From contig JAFRWW010000009.1 of NCBI GenBank assembly GCA_017441585.1, forward strand, positions 4,456 to 68,455: DNA of 64,000 bases, read 5' to 3'. The notes beneath the pieces were generated by a model. That model was not told the DNA's origin. It saw only the letters and a program-made list of their open reading frames with translations, and ran no database searches. This document shows, one piece after another, positions 1-8,750 of this stretch; position 1 is the stretch's first letter; each line of letters opens with the position of its first letter. The position numbers were made by a program, and so were the translations under genes. Source of the DNA: Lachnospiraceae bacterium. Its GTDB lineage: Bacteria; Bacillota; Clostridia; Lachnospirales; Lachnospiraceae.

Positions 1-687
1 ATTACTGTAACAGGTAAACTTGACAAAACAATAACGCTCATCCTCATATGCATATTCGTCACAATATCTTTCGGCAACTTCAGATGAAATATTGTGCGGG
101 TCAAGAACTGAACACGCATCTATAAAATCATCAATCTCATCTTTAGTCATGGATGCCCAGGCAGCAATACGTTCCCTTGAAAGAGTCGAATATCCACCAT
201 TTGCTACTTTATCATTTTCATGATGCAGTATATTTACCAAAAACAATTGCTTACCGATTTCACGTTGTTTCTCGTAGTTACGATCAGCTGCATAGCCGTT
301 TTTACACCACTTCTCCATATCTTCACAAGTATAATTATAGTCCTCGATGGTTATCGGTAAGGATTCTGTGTTATCACATCCCCCATGATGAAAATAAATA
401 ATTCTGCTCTTCCTGAGTAATTCCTGCCAATTATCAACAAGTTTTATTTCTCTTTTAAAAGCCATGTTCTCTCTGCGAAGAATAACATCAGCTATCATTT
501 TTCCATCTGAGTAGCCACGCCAGTAATATCCCGGAAGATTAGGTCCTAAGTAAGCTTCTATAATATTAAAGATTTCAACTTCAGGACACCAATCAGTGTC
601 CCTCCATGTAAAACGACAAATATGGGGGGCCGAAACATCATCAGCCATACCAAAGCTATCTCTTATTAAATATATGATTCTATCCAT
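1..687 (-). CDS. hypothetical protein; C-terminus runs off the window start
   Basis: Hand translation of the minus strand from the ATG at 687 (MDRIIYLIRDSFGMADDV...CFVKFTCYSN) stays open to position 1. It is absent from the ORF track because no stop lies in the window. No recognisable motif. AT-rich like its neighbours. Confidence 0.5.
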   Translation of the reverse strand, partial: MDRIIYLIRDSFGMADDVSAPHICRFTWRDTDWCPEVEIFNIIEAYLGPNLPGYYWRGYSDGKMIADVILRRENMAFKREIKLVDNWQELLRKSRIIYFHHGGCDNTESLPITIEDYNYTCEDMEKWCKNGYAADRNYEKQREIGKQLFLVNILHHENDKVANGGYSTLSRERIAAWASMTKDEIDDFIDACSVLDPHNISSEVAERYCDEYAYEDERYCFVKFTCYSN

Positions 688-744
688 ACAATTCTATCCT
701 CTTGGTTTGCCATTATGCAAAATACATTAGATATACTCAGTAAT

Positions 745-772
745 GATTTAATTATAAAATGTTATCCCAAAA
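745..772 (-). repeat. copy A of a conserved upstream motif (minus sense TTGGGATAACATTTTATAATT, includes TATAAT)
   Basis: The 21-nt core at 750-770 is identical to 3315-3335. With flanks it is 28 nt with 2 mismatches, and tcagta is also shared further out. It lies about 60-85 nt upstream of the ATG at 687. Confidence 0.7.
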
Positions 773-778
773 CTCCGC

Positions 779-925
779 TTAATCCCACAGATTCCAGAAC
801 CACTCTTTGAAAAGATCTAAGCCCTTATTCTTACACTCATCCTGGTAATTTCTAATTTCCGTTGCTTCTGTAAAATGAAGTTCGTCAATCTCCTTATACT
901 CGGGCACATCTCCCAGCATATACAT
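779..925 (-). CDS. possible small ORF (48 aa), hypothetical
   Basis: Hand translation gives MYMLGDVPEYKEIDELHFTEATEIRNYQDECKNKGLDLFKEWFWNLWD with a TAA stop at 779-781. Weak ribosome-binding site. It is below the ORF-track size cutoff and may be a gene remnant. Confidence 0.2.
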   Translation of the reverse strand: MYMLGDVPEYKEIDELHFTEATEIRNYQDECKNKGLDLFKEWFWNLWD

Positions 926-979
926 CCTATGAAATCCTTTTTTCTTTTCCTCGGCTTTTTTCGGTTGGTTTGATTTGGC

Positions 980-1318
980 TTATTTTAGCATTTCAGTTGC
1001 TTCATCAATTACAACATATGTACCATCATTGATTGAAGACAGTCGGTCAATAATGGTTTGTACTATCGAAAGCAATTCAGGCTTGATTTGGATAAACCGG
1101 TCTTCGTCGAATCGACATCCGTCAGTCCCATCATTGAATATAAACAAGGCCCCATACATTTTCTCTGCTTCATCATTTAAAAGCTGGATAGCTTTATCTT
1201 CGTCTATACACGGAATACCTGTTGACCATTCGCCGGATTTAACATCAAGCTTTTCTTTCCACAAAGGACCATGTAGATAATCGAATTGTATTTTAATCTC
1301 TTTCATCTTATAAAACAT
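980..1318 (-). CDS. hypothetical small cytoplasmic protein (about 112 aa)
   Basis: ORF 980-1327 in the track begins at a TTG. The first ATG (1318) lies 11 nt after AAGGA. No recognisable motif. Size and acidic composition resemble immunity-type proteins, but that is speculation. Confidence 0.5.
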   Translation of the reverse strand: MFYKMKEIKIQFDYLHGPLWKEKLDVKSGEWSTGIPCIDEDKAIQLLNDEAEKMYGALFIFNDGTDGCRFDEDRFIQIKPELLSIVQTIIDRLSSINDGTYVVIDEATEMLK

Positions 1319-1475
1319 TATACTCAAAATCCTTTTTGTATATTTCTCTCATTGTTCACCTGTCTTAACCTACTACTATATCCTTTATGCAAACGTCATT
1401 TGCTGTACTCGTGTACAGACATACGTTATTGAGACAGCAGGTTTTAATGAATTAAGTTCTAAAAGCTCAGGAGAA

Positions 1476-2393
1476 TCACTTAGGATTTGTTTCAGCATAC
1501 GCCCTCACTTTATCCCATAGTTCCTGCAATCTCGTAAATATAGAATCCTTATCATCCAATTTAAGTGTATAACCCTCTATCCGGCTATCCCATGCATTTT
1601 TAAAAATAGTTTCCAGTGATCCTCCGGTTGAGGAAGACTTAATGCCCAGGCGCGTATAACTGGTACAGTGAGATGTGACCGGACAGTCAAGAAATTTCCC
1701 AAGTATTTCTATTGCAGAACCAACGTGATAATCAATAGTGCCGTCTCTTTTCTCTTCTCCCAAATACCATACATTCCAAAGATGATCATATGTAGGTTCT
1801 TCACACTTTCCAAATTTATCAGCGATATATCTGTCCCGGCTCTGCGTAGAAACAGTATACGGATCGAAATATGAATCATACAGATTACGCATTCGATACG
1901 CTGTTTCAAAGCCAAGAAGTCCTTCCAACAAGTCGCGTGCAGGAACTTTTACTTCATCCCGTTCTAACGTTTCTATACCTTTATTTATGTATTCTGCTAT
2001 CTTTTTAATTCTTCTTTCCTGTTTATCATTTTGAGGTATAGCATATTCAAGTCCGGTCTGTAACCACTTAAAATATTCCAGATTACGCCTGATCTCAGAC
2101 TCCGTTCTGTTATTATCGGAAGATATAAGCCCTACAAGAATTGAAGTCATGAAAAAATCATCCTTTGCCATATCATTAATGAGTTTTGCTGCCCTTTTCT
2201 TATTCTCCTTTTCAGCCTCTTGCAGTTGTTTTTTGAATTCATCTATTTTTTTAACAAGTGAATTAAAAGCCTTTGAGATTGACTTGTCAGCGCTTGATTC
2301 TCCGGTTTCGTTATCGATCAGTCTGTACATTCCATCCTCGAATATGACTGTGAGATTATCGATTTGATATCCTTCAGATGCATTTCTTTTCAT
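1476..2393 (-). CDS. hypothetical protein with a Lys/Glu-rich coiled-coil segment; unknown family
   Basis: 305-aa ORF with SD-like AAGGGGA 6 nt before the ATG. It starts 39 nt downstream of the ATPase gene. Contains KKIDEFKKQLQEAEKENKKRAAK. No catalytic motif recognised. Confidence 0.6.
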   Translation of the reverse strand: MKRNASEGYQIDNLTVIFEDGMYRLIDNETGESSADKSISKAFNSLVKKIDEFKKQLQEAEKENKKRAAKLINDMAKDDFFMTSILVGLISSDNNRTESEIRRNLEYFKWLQTGLEYAIPQNDKQERRIKKIAEYINKGIETLERDEVKVPARDLLEGLLGFETAYRMRNLYDSYFDPYTVSTQSRDRYIADKFGKCEEPTYDHLWNVWYLGEEKRDGTIDYHVGSAIEILGKFLDCPVTSHCTSYTRLGIKSSSTGGSLETIFKNAWDSRIEGYTLKLDDKDSIFTRLQELWDKVRAYAETNPK

Positions 2394-2432
2394 TATGATT
2401 CCCCTTTCCCCCTTAAGACTGCTTTTTTCTTT

Positions 2433-3248
2433 CTATTCAAACTCGGTCTCATGTTTCTTAAAAAAATTGTAGAAATAGCGTACATTATCCAAATCCTGCC
2501 ATCTGGCTTCATCCATACATCTGTCATCCATGTTATATATTTTGGCATTCAATGTTCCTAACATAAAGGGTGAATGGATTGCTATGATAAACTGACAATT
2601 CAAAAATCGTGCCAGTTTATTTATCTCTTCCGCCAACATTACCTGATTTGCGGGTGAAAGCGAAACCTCCGGTTCATCCAGCATGTACAGATTATCGGGT
2701 ATTAAACTATCCAGTAAAACAGCCATAGCTGTTTCACCATTAGAGTATTTTTCCTGATTAAACTTAATACAGGCAAGTCTTGAAGATCCTCCTTTCATGA
2801 CCGATGAATGAAGTTTCAGGATAGCTTGCTCTTTTGTAAGATTATTTATACGAATCTCGTCAAATACATAGCCGTTTTCAAGAGCGCTCTCCTGTTCGAC
2901 CTTTTTTACCTCATAGAGTAAATCCTCACTCTTTAAGTAAAGACTACCCTTTGGGATCATCAGTTCATGTCCGTAATCATCCTCCCCGTAACCTATCGTA
3001 CATTCCGAAACAAACTGCTCTATTCCCAGTTGACTGATAGTAAAATCTTCGTATCCCCTTGCACGAATCTTCTTAGCAATAAGATTTAGAAGAGTCGATT
3101 TGCCACAGCCATTGTTCCCATAAAAAATCGTTATAGGGGAAAATATAAACGGATATATCTCTTTATCACGGAACACATTATATGGGTATAGATTGGGATT
3201 ATTCACACGATGCTCAGACACCTTGAAACTACTCAAATATATCATCAA
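2433..3248 (-). CDS. stand-alone ABC/SMC-type P-loop ATPase (AAA_21/COG3910-like)
   Basis: Walker A GNNGCGKST, signature-like YSNGET, Walker B LYMLDEPEVSLSP and H-loop-like IAIHSP. It has no TM domain and no second domain. Confidence 0.8.
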   Translation of the reverse strand: MMIYLSSFKVSEHRVNNPNLYPYNVFRDKEIYPFIFSPITIFYGNNGCGKSTLLNLIAKKIRARGYEDFTISQLGIEQFVSECTIGYGEDDYGHELMIPKGSLYLKSEDLLYEVKKVEQESALENGYVFDEIRINNLTKEQAILKLHSSVMKGGSSRLACIKFNQEKYSNGETAMAVLLDSLIPDNLYMLDEPEVSLSPANQVMLAEEINKLARFLNCQFIIAIHSPFMLGTLNAKIYNMDDRCMDEARWQDLDNVRYFYNFFKKHETEFE

Positions 3249-3309
3249 AAGCCACCCATCCTTGCTGTGTAATTCATACTGTCACTCTACCAAATCAGTA
3301 GTTTTTCCT

Positions 3310-3337
3310 GATTCAATTATAAAATGTTATCCCAATA
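3310..3337 (-). repeat. copy B of the conserved upstream motif (TTGGGATAACATTTTATAATT)
   Basis: 3315-3335 is identical to 750-770. In this copy a -35-like ATGACA sits 17 nt upstream of the TATAAT. It lies about 65-90 nt upstream of the ATPase ATG at 3248. Confidence 0.7.
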
Positions 3338-3357
3338 ATGTCATTTAACGCGTAGTT

Positions 3358-3388
3358 AAAAAACGGGGATCGCATCATGCGATCCCCG
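3358..3388 (-). terminator. rho-independent terminator of purL
   Basis: Perfect 11-bp stem cggggatcgca/tgcgatccccg (3364-3374 / 3378-3388) with a 3-nt loop, followed on the minus strand by T6 (3358-3363). It starts 36 nt after the purL stop. Confidence 0.85.
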
Positions 3389-3423
3389 CTCATTAACTCA
3401 TCACATATTCAGATATATCATGA

Positions 3424-6400
3424 TCATTTAAAGTAAGCCACACCGCTTTCGAAGATGCCCATATCCTGCTCGCCATAGATATTCACGGCCACATCCTTGT
3501 CACGACGTTCTGAGTGGGCCATCTTGCCCAGGATCCTGCCGTCGGGTGATATGATGCCCTCTATGGCGGCGTAGGAACCGTTTACGTTCCACTCGCCGTC
3601 CATGGTCACATTGCCGTCAAAGTCGCAATACATTGTGGCCACCTGGCCGTTCTCAAAGAGCTTCTTTATCACGCTGTCGGGACCTACGAACCTTCCTTCA
3701 CCGTGAGAAGCGGGATTCGTATATACGCCGCCGAGCTTTGTATTCATGAGCCAGGGGCTCTTGTTTGTCATCACCTTTGTATAAACCATCCTGGATATAT
3801 GACGACCTATGGTATTATACGTAAGCGTGGGGGAATCCTCCTTCTGTCCTGTTATGGAGCCGTTAGGTACCAGTCCCAGCTTAATGAGAGCCTGGAAGCC
3901 GTTACAGATACCGAGAGCCAGTCCGTCACGCTCATTGAGCAGTCTCATGACAGCATCCTTAAGCTTTTCGTTCTGGAAGGCGGTGGCAAAAAACTTAGCC
4001 GAACCGTCCGGCTCATCACCTGCAGAAAAGCCGCCGGGGAACATGATGATCTGGGCCTTGTCTATCTCCCTTTCAAAAGCCTCCACAGACTCTCTTATAT
4101 CGTCTGCCGAAAGGTTCTTGAATACCAGGTCAGTAACCGTGGCTCCGGCTCTCTCAAAAGCTCTGCGGCTGTCATACTCACAGTTTGTTCCGGGGAATAC
4201 GGGGATGAATACATGGGGCTTTGCCACCTTATGCTTACATACATACACCTCTCCCTCAAAAGGTTTTACATCCGGGATCTCACCCTCATTCTGACCCTTT
4301 GAAGGGAATACCTTTTCCAGGGTTTCCTTATATGCATCAAGAGCTTCATCCAAAGCGATGGACATGCTGCCATAGCTTATCTTCTTATCATCCGTGGTAT
4401 GGCCGATCACTATAACGTCTTTGGCCGAAGGTGTAAAGCCCTTCTTCACCTGTGCCACTATATAGCCGATGGCAGGCGCGAACAATTCCTTTGCGCTTAT
4501 GGCCTTATCATCAATGGACACACCCACCTTGTTTCCGAAGCACATCTGTGATATGGCGGCTGCCACGCCCTTTCCGTCCACCGCATAGGCTGCCATCACA
4601 TTTTTATCCAGAATATCCTGATGAACGCTCTCATATACCGCCATGATATTTTCATAATCGGGCATGAGATCTGAATCCTGAGCTACGGGATAAAGCACTA
4701 TGTCGGATTCTTCATCCTTAAGCTCGGGAGAGATGAGTTCACTGCTCTTTGCCATATCCACCGCAAATGACACCAGTGTGGGCGGTACGTCTATGTCATT
4801 AAAGGTTCCGGACATGGAATCCTTACCGCCTATGGACGCCAGACCAAAGCCCATCTGAGCGTTAAAAGCTCCCAGCAATGCGGCAAAAGGCTGTGACCAC
4901 CTGGAAGGTTCATCCCACATACGTCTGAAATACTCCTGGAAAGTGAAACGAATCTTCTTATAGTCGCCGCCCGCTGCCACTATCTTTGCCACGGAGGATA
5001 CCACTGCATAAGCTGCGCCGTGATAGGGGCTCCAGGATGAAAGATATGGATCAAAGCCATAGCTCATCATGGATATGGCATCCGTATTTCCTTTCAAAAG
5101 AGGCAGATGCGCTGCCATAACCTGAAGAGGAGTCATCTGATACTTACCGCCGTAGGGCATGTAGTATGAAGCTGCGCCGATGGAAGAATCGAAACGCTCA
5201 ACCAGTCCTTTCTGTGAGCACACATTAAGGTCTGAAAGCTCATCCATCCACTTTTTCTTTACATCGCCCACCTCATCTGATACGTCAAAATAACCCGCAT
5301 CCGCGGAAGGCTGCTCAACCTTCACATCGGTTTCCTGATGCGCGCCGTTTGTATCCAGGAAGGCCCTTGACAGATCCACTATGTTCTTGCCCCTCCAGTT
5401 AAGTACCAGCCTGGGCTCCTTCGTCACTGTCGCAACCTTTACAGCCTCCAAGTTTTCCTCGGCTGCATATTTCAAAAATTCTTCTGCATCCTCGGGAGCG
5501 ATGACCACTGCCATTCTCTCCTGAGATTCCGAGATGGCAAGCTCTGTTCCGTCCAGTCCTGCATACTTTTTGGGCACCAGATCAAGGTTCACATTAAGAC
5601 CGTCAGCCAGCTCACCGATGGCTACGGATACTCCGCCTGCACCGAAATCGTTACACTTCTTTATGAGACTGCTGACCTCGGGACGTCTGAAGAGTCTCTG
5701 GATCTTTCTCTCAGTGGGAGCGTTACCCTTCTGTACTTCCGCACCGCACTCCGTCAGGGACTCTTCCGTATGCACCTTTGAAGAACCCGTAGCTCCGCCG
5801 CAGCCGTCTCTTCCGGTACGACCGCCCAGAAGGATGATGATATCACCGGGATCGGAGGTCTCTCTCTTTACATTCTTTCTGGGAGCTGCGCCCATTACGG
5901 CACCTATCTCCATTCTCTTTGCCACGTAGCCGGGATGGTATATTTCCTTTACCAGTCCGGTGGCCAGACCGATCTGATTTCCGTAGGATGAATAACCCTG
6001 TGCGGCAGTCCTTACTATTCTCTTTTGTGAAAGCTTGCCCTTTAAGGTGGCAGATGAAGGAACCGTGGGGTCTGCAGCACCGGTCACACGCATGGCCTGA
6101 TATACATAGGCTCTTCCCGAAAGGGGATCTCTTATGGCTCCACCCAGGCAGGTAGCAGCGCCACCGAAGGGCTCTATCTCTGTGGGATGGTTATGGGTCT
6201 CATTCTTAAAGGATACCAGCCACTCCTCTGTGGTCTCACTTCCGTCCTCATTTTTGACGGTGACGGGAACCACGATGGAGCAGGCGTTGATCTCCTCGGA
6301 CTCCTCCATGTCATTGAGTTTTCCGTCTTTCTTAAGCTTCTTCATGGCCATAAGCGCCAGATCCATGAGGCAGACATATTTATCTCCGCCTTTTTCCATG

Positions 6401-7203
6401 ACACGATCACCATAGAGCTCGTCTCTTGCCTTTAAATAGTCATTGTATGTCTTTTCCAGACGCGCCTTATATCTGCCGTCTTCAAAGGTCACATTCTTAA
6501 GCTCCGTGGAGAAGGTGGTATGACGGCAGTGATCCGACCAGTAGGTATCCAGAACCCTTATCTCCGTCATGGAAGGGTCTCTTTTTTCCTCATTTGTAAA
6601 ATAGTTCTTTATGTGAAGGAAATCCTTGAAGGTCATGGCCAGTGAAAGAGACTCATAAAGTTCCTTAAGCGCTGCCTCATCCATGGATATAAAGCCGTCG
6701 AATATCTTTACATCCGCAGGCTCGTCATAGTTCACCGCCAGAGTCTCAGGTATCACGCTGTCATCCGCAAAGCCCGAATCCACGGGATTGATAACATGGG
6801 CCTTTATCTGCTCCAGTTCATCATCGGTTATATTTCCCGACAGACAGTATGTAACCGCAGTCTGTATGATGGGGTCCTGATCCTCATCTATGAACCTCAC
6901 ACACTGCATGGCGGAATCAGCCCTCTGATCAAACTGTCCGGGCAGGGCTTCCACAGAAAAAACCTTATCGCTTTCATCATGAGGAAAACTGCCCTCATAG
7001 AGCACATCCACGGGAGGCTCCGAAAAGACTATGCGCTCTGCCTTTTTGAACACCTCATCGCTGACATTTTCCACATCATAACGTATGAGGATGCGCAGCT
7101 TGTCCACACTCTTTATTCCCAGGTAGCTTCCGATCTCTTTTTTGAGATCCTTTGCCTGTGATGAAAACTCTTCTTTCTTTTCCACATATATTCGACGAAC
7201 CAT
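3424..7203 (-). CDS. purL: phosphoribosylformylglycinamidine synthase, single-chain large form
   Basis: 1259 aa. It has FGAM-synthase AIR-synthase-like repeats and a C-terminal glutaminase domain with the nucleophile motif LGICNGFQAL and HGEG. Length is typical of fused PurL/PurQ/PurS. Confidence 0.95.
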   Translation of the reverse strand: MVRRIYVEKKEEFSSQAKDLKKEIGSYLGIKSVDKLRILIRYDVENVSDEVFKKAERIVFSEPPVDVLYEGSFPHDESDKVFSVEALPGQFDQRADSAMQCVRFIDEDQDPIIQTAVTYCLSGNITDDELEQIKAHVINPVDSGFADDSVIPETLAVNYDEPADVKIFDGFISMDEAALKELYESLSLAMTFKDFLHIKNYFTNEEKRDPSMTEIRVLDTYWSDHCRHTTFSTELKNVTFEDGRYKARLEKTYNDYLKARDELYGDRVMEKGGDKYVCLMDLALMAMKKLKKDGKLNDMEESEEINACSIVVPVTVKNEDGSETTEEWLVSFKNETHNHPTEIEPFGGAATCLGGAIRDPLSGRAYVYQAMRVTGAADPTVPSSATLKGKLSQKRIVRTAAQGYSSYGNQIGLATGLVKEIYHPGYVAKRMEIGAVMGAAPRKNVKRETSDPGDIIILLGGRTGRDGCGGATGSSKVHTEESLTECGAEVQKGNAPTERKIQRLFRRPEVSSLIKKCNDFGAGGVSVAIGELADGLNVNLDLVPKKYAGLDGTELAISESQERMAVVIAPEDAEEFLKYAAEENLEAVKVATVTKEPRLVLNWRGKNIVDLSRAFLDTNGAHQETDVKVEQPSADAGYFDVSDEVGDVKKKWMDELSDLNVCSQKGLVERFDSSIGAASYYMPYGGKYQMTPLQVMAAHLPLLKGNTDAISMMSYGFDPYLSSWSPYHGAAYAVVSSVAKIVAAGGDYKKIRFTFQEYFRRMWDEPSRWSQPFAALLGAFNAQMGFGLASIGGKDSMSGTFNDIDVPPTLVSFAVDMAKSSELISPELKDEESDIVLYPVAQDSDLMPDYENIMAVYESVHQDILDKNVMAAYAVDGKGVAAAISQMCFGNKVGVSIDDKAISAKELFAPAIGYIVAQVKKGFTPSAKDVIVIGHTTDDKKISYGSMSIALDEALDAYKETLEKVFPSKGQNEGEIPDVKPFEGEVYVCKHKVAKPHVFIPVFPGTNCEYDSRRAFERAGATVTDLVFKNLSADDIRESVEAFEREIDKAQIIMFPGGFSAGDEPDGSAKFFATAFQNEKLKDAVMRLLNERDGLALGICNGFQALIKLGLVPNGSITGQKEDSPTLTYNTIGRHISRMVYTKVMTNKSPWLMNTKLGGVYTNPASHGEGRFVGPDSVIKKLFENGQVATMYCDFDGNVTMDGEWNVNGSYAAIEGIISPDGRILGKMAHSERRDKDVAVNIYGEQDMGIFESGVAYFK

Positions 7204-7275
7204 TTTTTCCTCCTCTATAAATCTTAATTTATATCTGTTCGTTTTTTTCTTCTTTTTCGTAATCTGCTTTTTTCC

Positions 7276-7408
7276 GTCATTTAAGGATTCTTCGCTAATG
7301 TCCTAAGGCATCCACCACTTCGTGGGTCTACGCTTCGCTTCGGTCCGCGCTGATCAAACGTCCACCGGACGTTTAGCGCCCCTTAGGACGAAGTTCGCTC
7401 AGAATGAC
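7276..7408. repeat. composite intergenic repeat: element B (7300-7389) nested inside element A
   Basis: The outer arms gattcttcgc and gctcagaatgac match the 31-nt element at 10823 and 22627. The inner unit is bounded by the inverted repeats gtcctaagg and ccttaggac. It contains the hairpin aaacgtcc-acc-ggacgttt, extended by gcgc...gcgc (7347-7379). Confidence 0.75.
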
Positions 7409-7432
7409 ATTAAATACATCAAACATGGTATT

Positions 7433-8701
7433 CTATCCTCTGACCTGGCCGGTGCCTCTTATCTTAAACTTGTAAGATGTGAGTTCCCTTAAGCCCATGG
7501 GGCCTCTGGCGTGAAGCTTCTGGGTACTGATACCTATCTCTGCCCCAAAGCCGAATTCAAAGCCGTCGGTGAACCTGGTGGACGCGTTCACATATACCGC
7601 TGCGGAATCCACTTCATTCAAAAATCTCTCAGCCGACGCCTCATCATTTGTGACTATGGCTTCCGAATGATGAGTGGAATGTGCATTTATATGCTCTATG
7701 GCTTCACTTAAGGAGCCCACTATGCATACCGATATGATGGCGTCCGCATACTCGGTGTAATAATCCTCATCTGTGGCAGCCTTTATATCATCTATGATCC
7801 TGCGGGTTTTCTCATCACCTCTTATCTCTATCCCCGCGCTCTTAAGGTCTGCACATATCATAGGGATCACCTTGTCAGCGATCTTTTCATGGATCACCAG
7901 GGATTCGCAGGCGTTGCACACGCCCAGTCTCTGGGTCTTGGCATTGTGTATGATCTTTACAGCCATATCACAGTCTGCGCTCTCATCCACATATACATGA
8001 CAGTTACCTGTTCCCGTCTCGATCACAGGTATGGTGGCATTTTCCACAGCCGCCCTTATAAGGCCCGCACCGCCTCTGGGGATCAGCACATCGATATAGC
8101 GGTTCATTTTCATAAAGGCCGTGGTCACCGCCCGATCGGTGCTGTCTATAAACAAAAGAGCATCCTCGACAAAGCCGTTATCCTTAAGAGTCTGCCTCAG
8201 CACCTTCACTATGGCTCCGTTTGACTTAATGGCGTCGGATCCGCCCTTTAACACCGTCACGTTTCCCGACTTAAAGGTCAGTGCAAAGGCATCTGCCGTC
8301 ACATTGGGTCTGGACTCATAGATGATCCCCACTACGCCTAAAGGTACACTGACTCTTTCTATCTTAAGTCCGTTGGGCCGCTCAAAACTCTCCAGCACAT
8401 GCCCCACGGGATCGGGCAGGTCGCATACCTGAATGAGGCCTTCGGCCATGGCTTCTATGCGCTCCTTTGTGAGCTTAAGCCTGTCGATCATGGACTCCTT
8501 CATCCCATTTTCCCGGGCTGTGATAAGGTCCTCTTCATTTGCGGACAGGATGCTGTCGGCATTGTCCGTAAGCGCCTTTGCACAGAGCTTCAAGGCTTCA
8601 TTTTTCTTTTCAGTATCAAGAATGCGCATTACGGCTTCGGCACGTCTTGCCTTTTTGCCTATGCCCTCCAGATACTCTGTCTTTTCATCAAAAATCTCCA
8701 T
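7433..8701 (-). CDS. proA: glutamate-5-semialdehyde dehydrogenase (gamma-glutamyl phosphate reductase)
   Basis: 422 aa with the IYESRPNVT motif, a catalytic Cys region NACESL and a C-terminal ProA-type TSYKFKIRGTGQVR. Confidence 0.93.
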   Translation of the reverse strand: MEIFDEKTEYLEGIGKKARRAEAVMRILDTEKKNEALKLCAKALTDNADSILSANEEDLITARENGMKESMIDRLKLTKERIEAMAEGLIQVCDLPDPVGHVLESFERPNGLKIERVSVPLGVVGIIYESRPNVTADAFALTFKSGNVTVLKGGSDAIKSNGAIVKVLRQTLKDNGFVEDALLFIDSTDRAVTTAFMKMNRYIDVLIPRGGAGLIRAAVENATIPVIETGTGNCHVYVDESADCDMAVKIIHNAKTQRLGVCNACESLVIHEKIADKVIPMICADLKSAGIEIRGDEKTRRIIDDIKAATDEDYYTEYADAIISVCIVGSLSEAIEHINAHSTHHSEAIVTNDEASAERFLNEVDSAAVYVNASTRFTDGFEFGFGAEIGISTQKLHARGPMGLRELTSYKFKIRGTGQVRG

Positions 8702-8713
8702 AATAATTTTTCC

Positions 8714-8742
8714 TTGTATGTTTTATTCTTTTATTTTATAAT
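8714..8742 (+). promoter_or_regulatory. sigma-A type promoter of rnpB
   Basis: TTGTAT (8714-8719), 17-nt spacer, TATAAT (8737-8742). The predicted start falls at about 8749-8751, which coincides with the P1 5' strand of the RNase P RNA. Confidence 0.65.
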
Positions 8743-8750
8743 GTCTCTTT

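Noticed and set aside
1-3350. Calling the AT-rich block a mobile element, prophage or integrative island.
   Set aside because: I found no integrase, transposase, recombinase or tRNA target, and no inverted terminal repeats, in the visible part. Only composition and a direct repeat support foreign origin, and the left boundary lies outside the window.
7204-7432. An expected purine riboswitch or PurR-type leader upstream of purL.
   Set aside because: I found no purine-riboswitch core (no UAUAAU...GGAUAUGG...CCGUAAAU-like junction) on the minus strand. Most of the spacer is occupied by the nested intergenic repeat. An Rfam scan would be needed to be certain.
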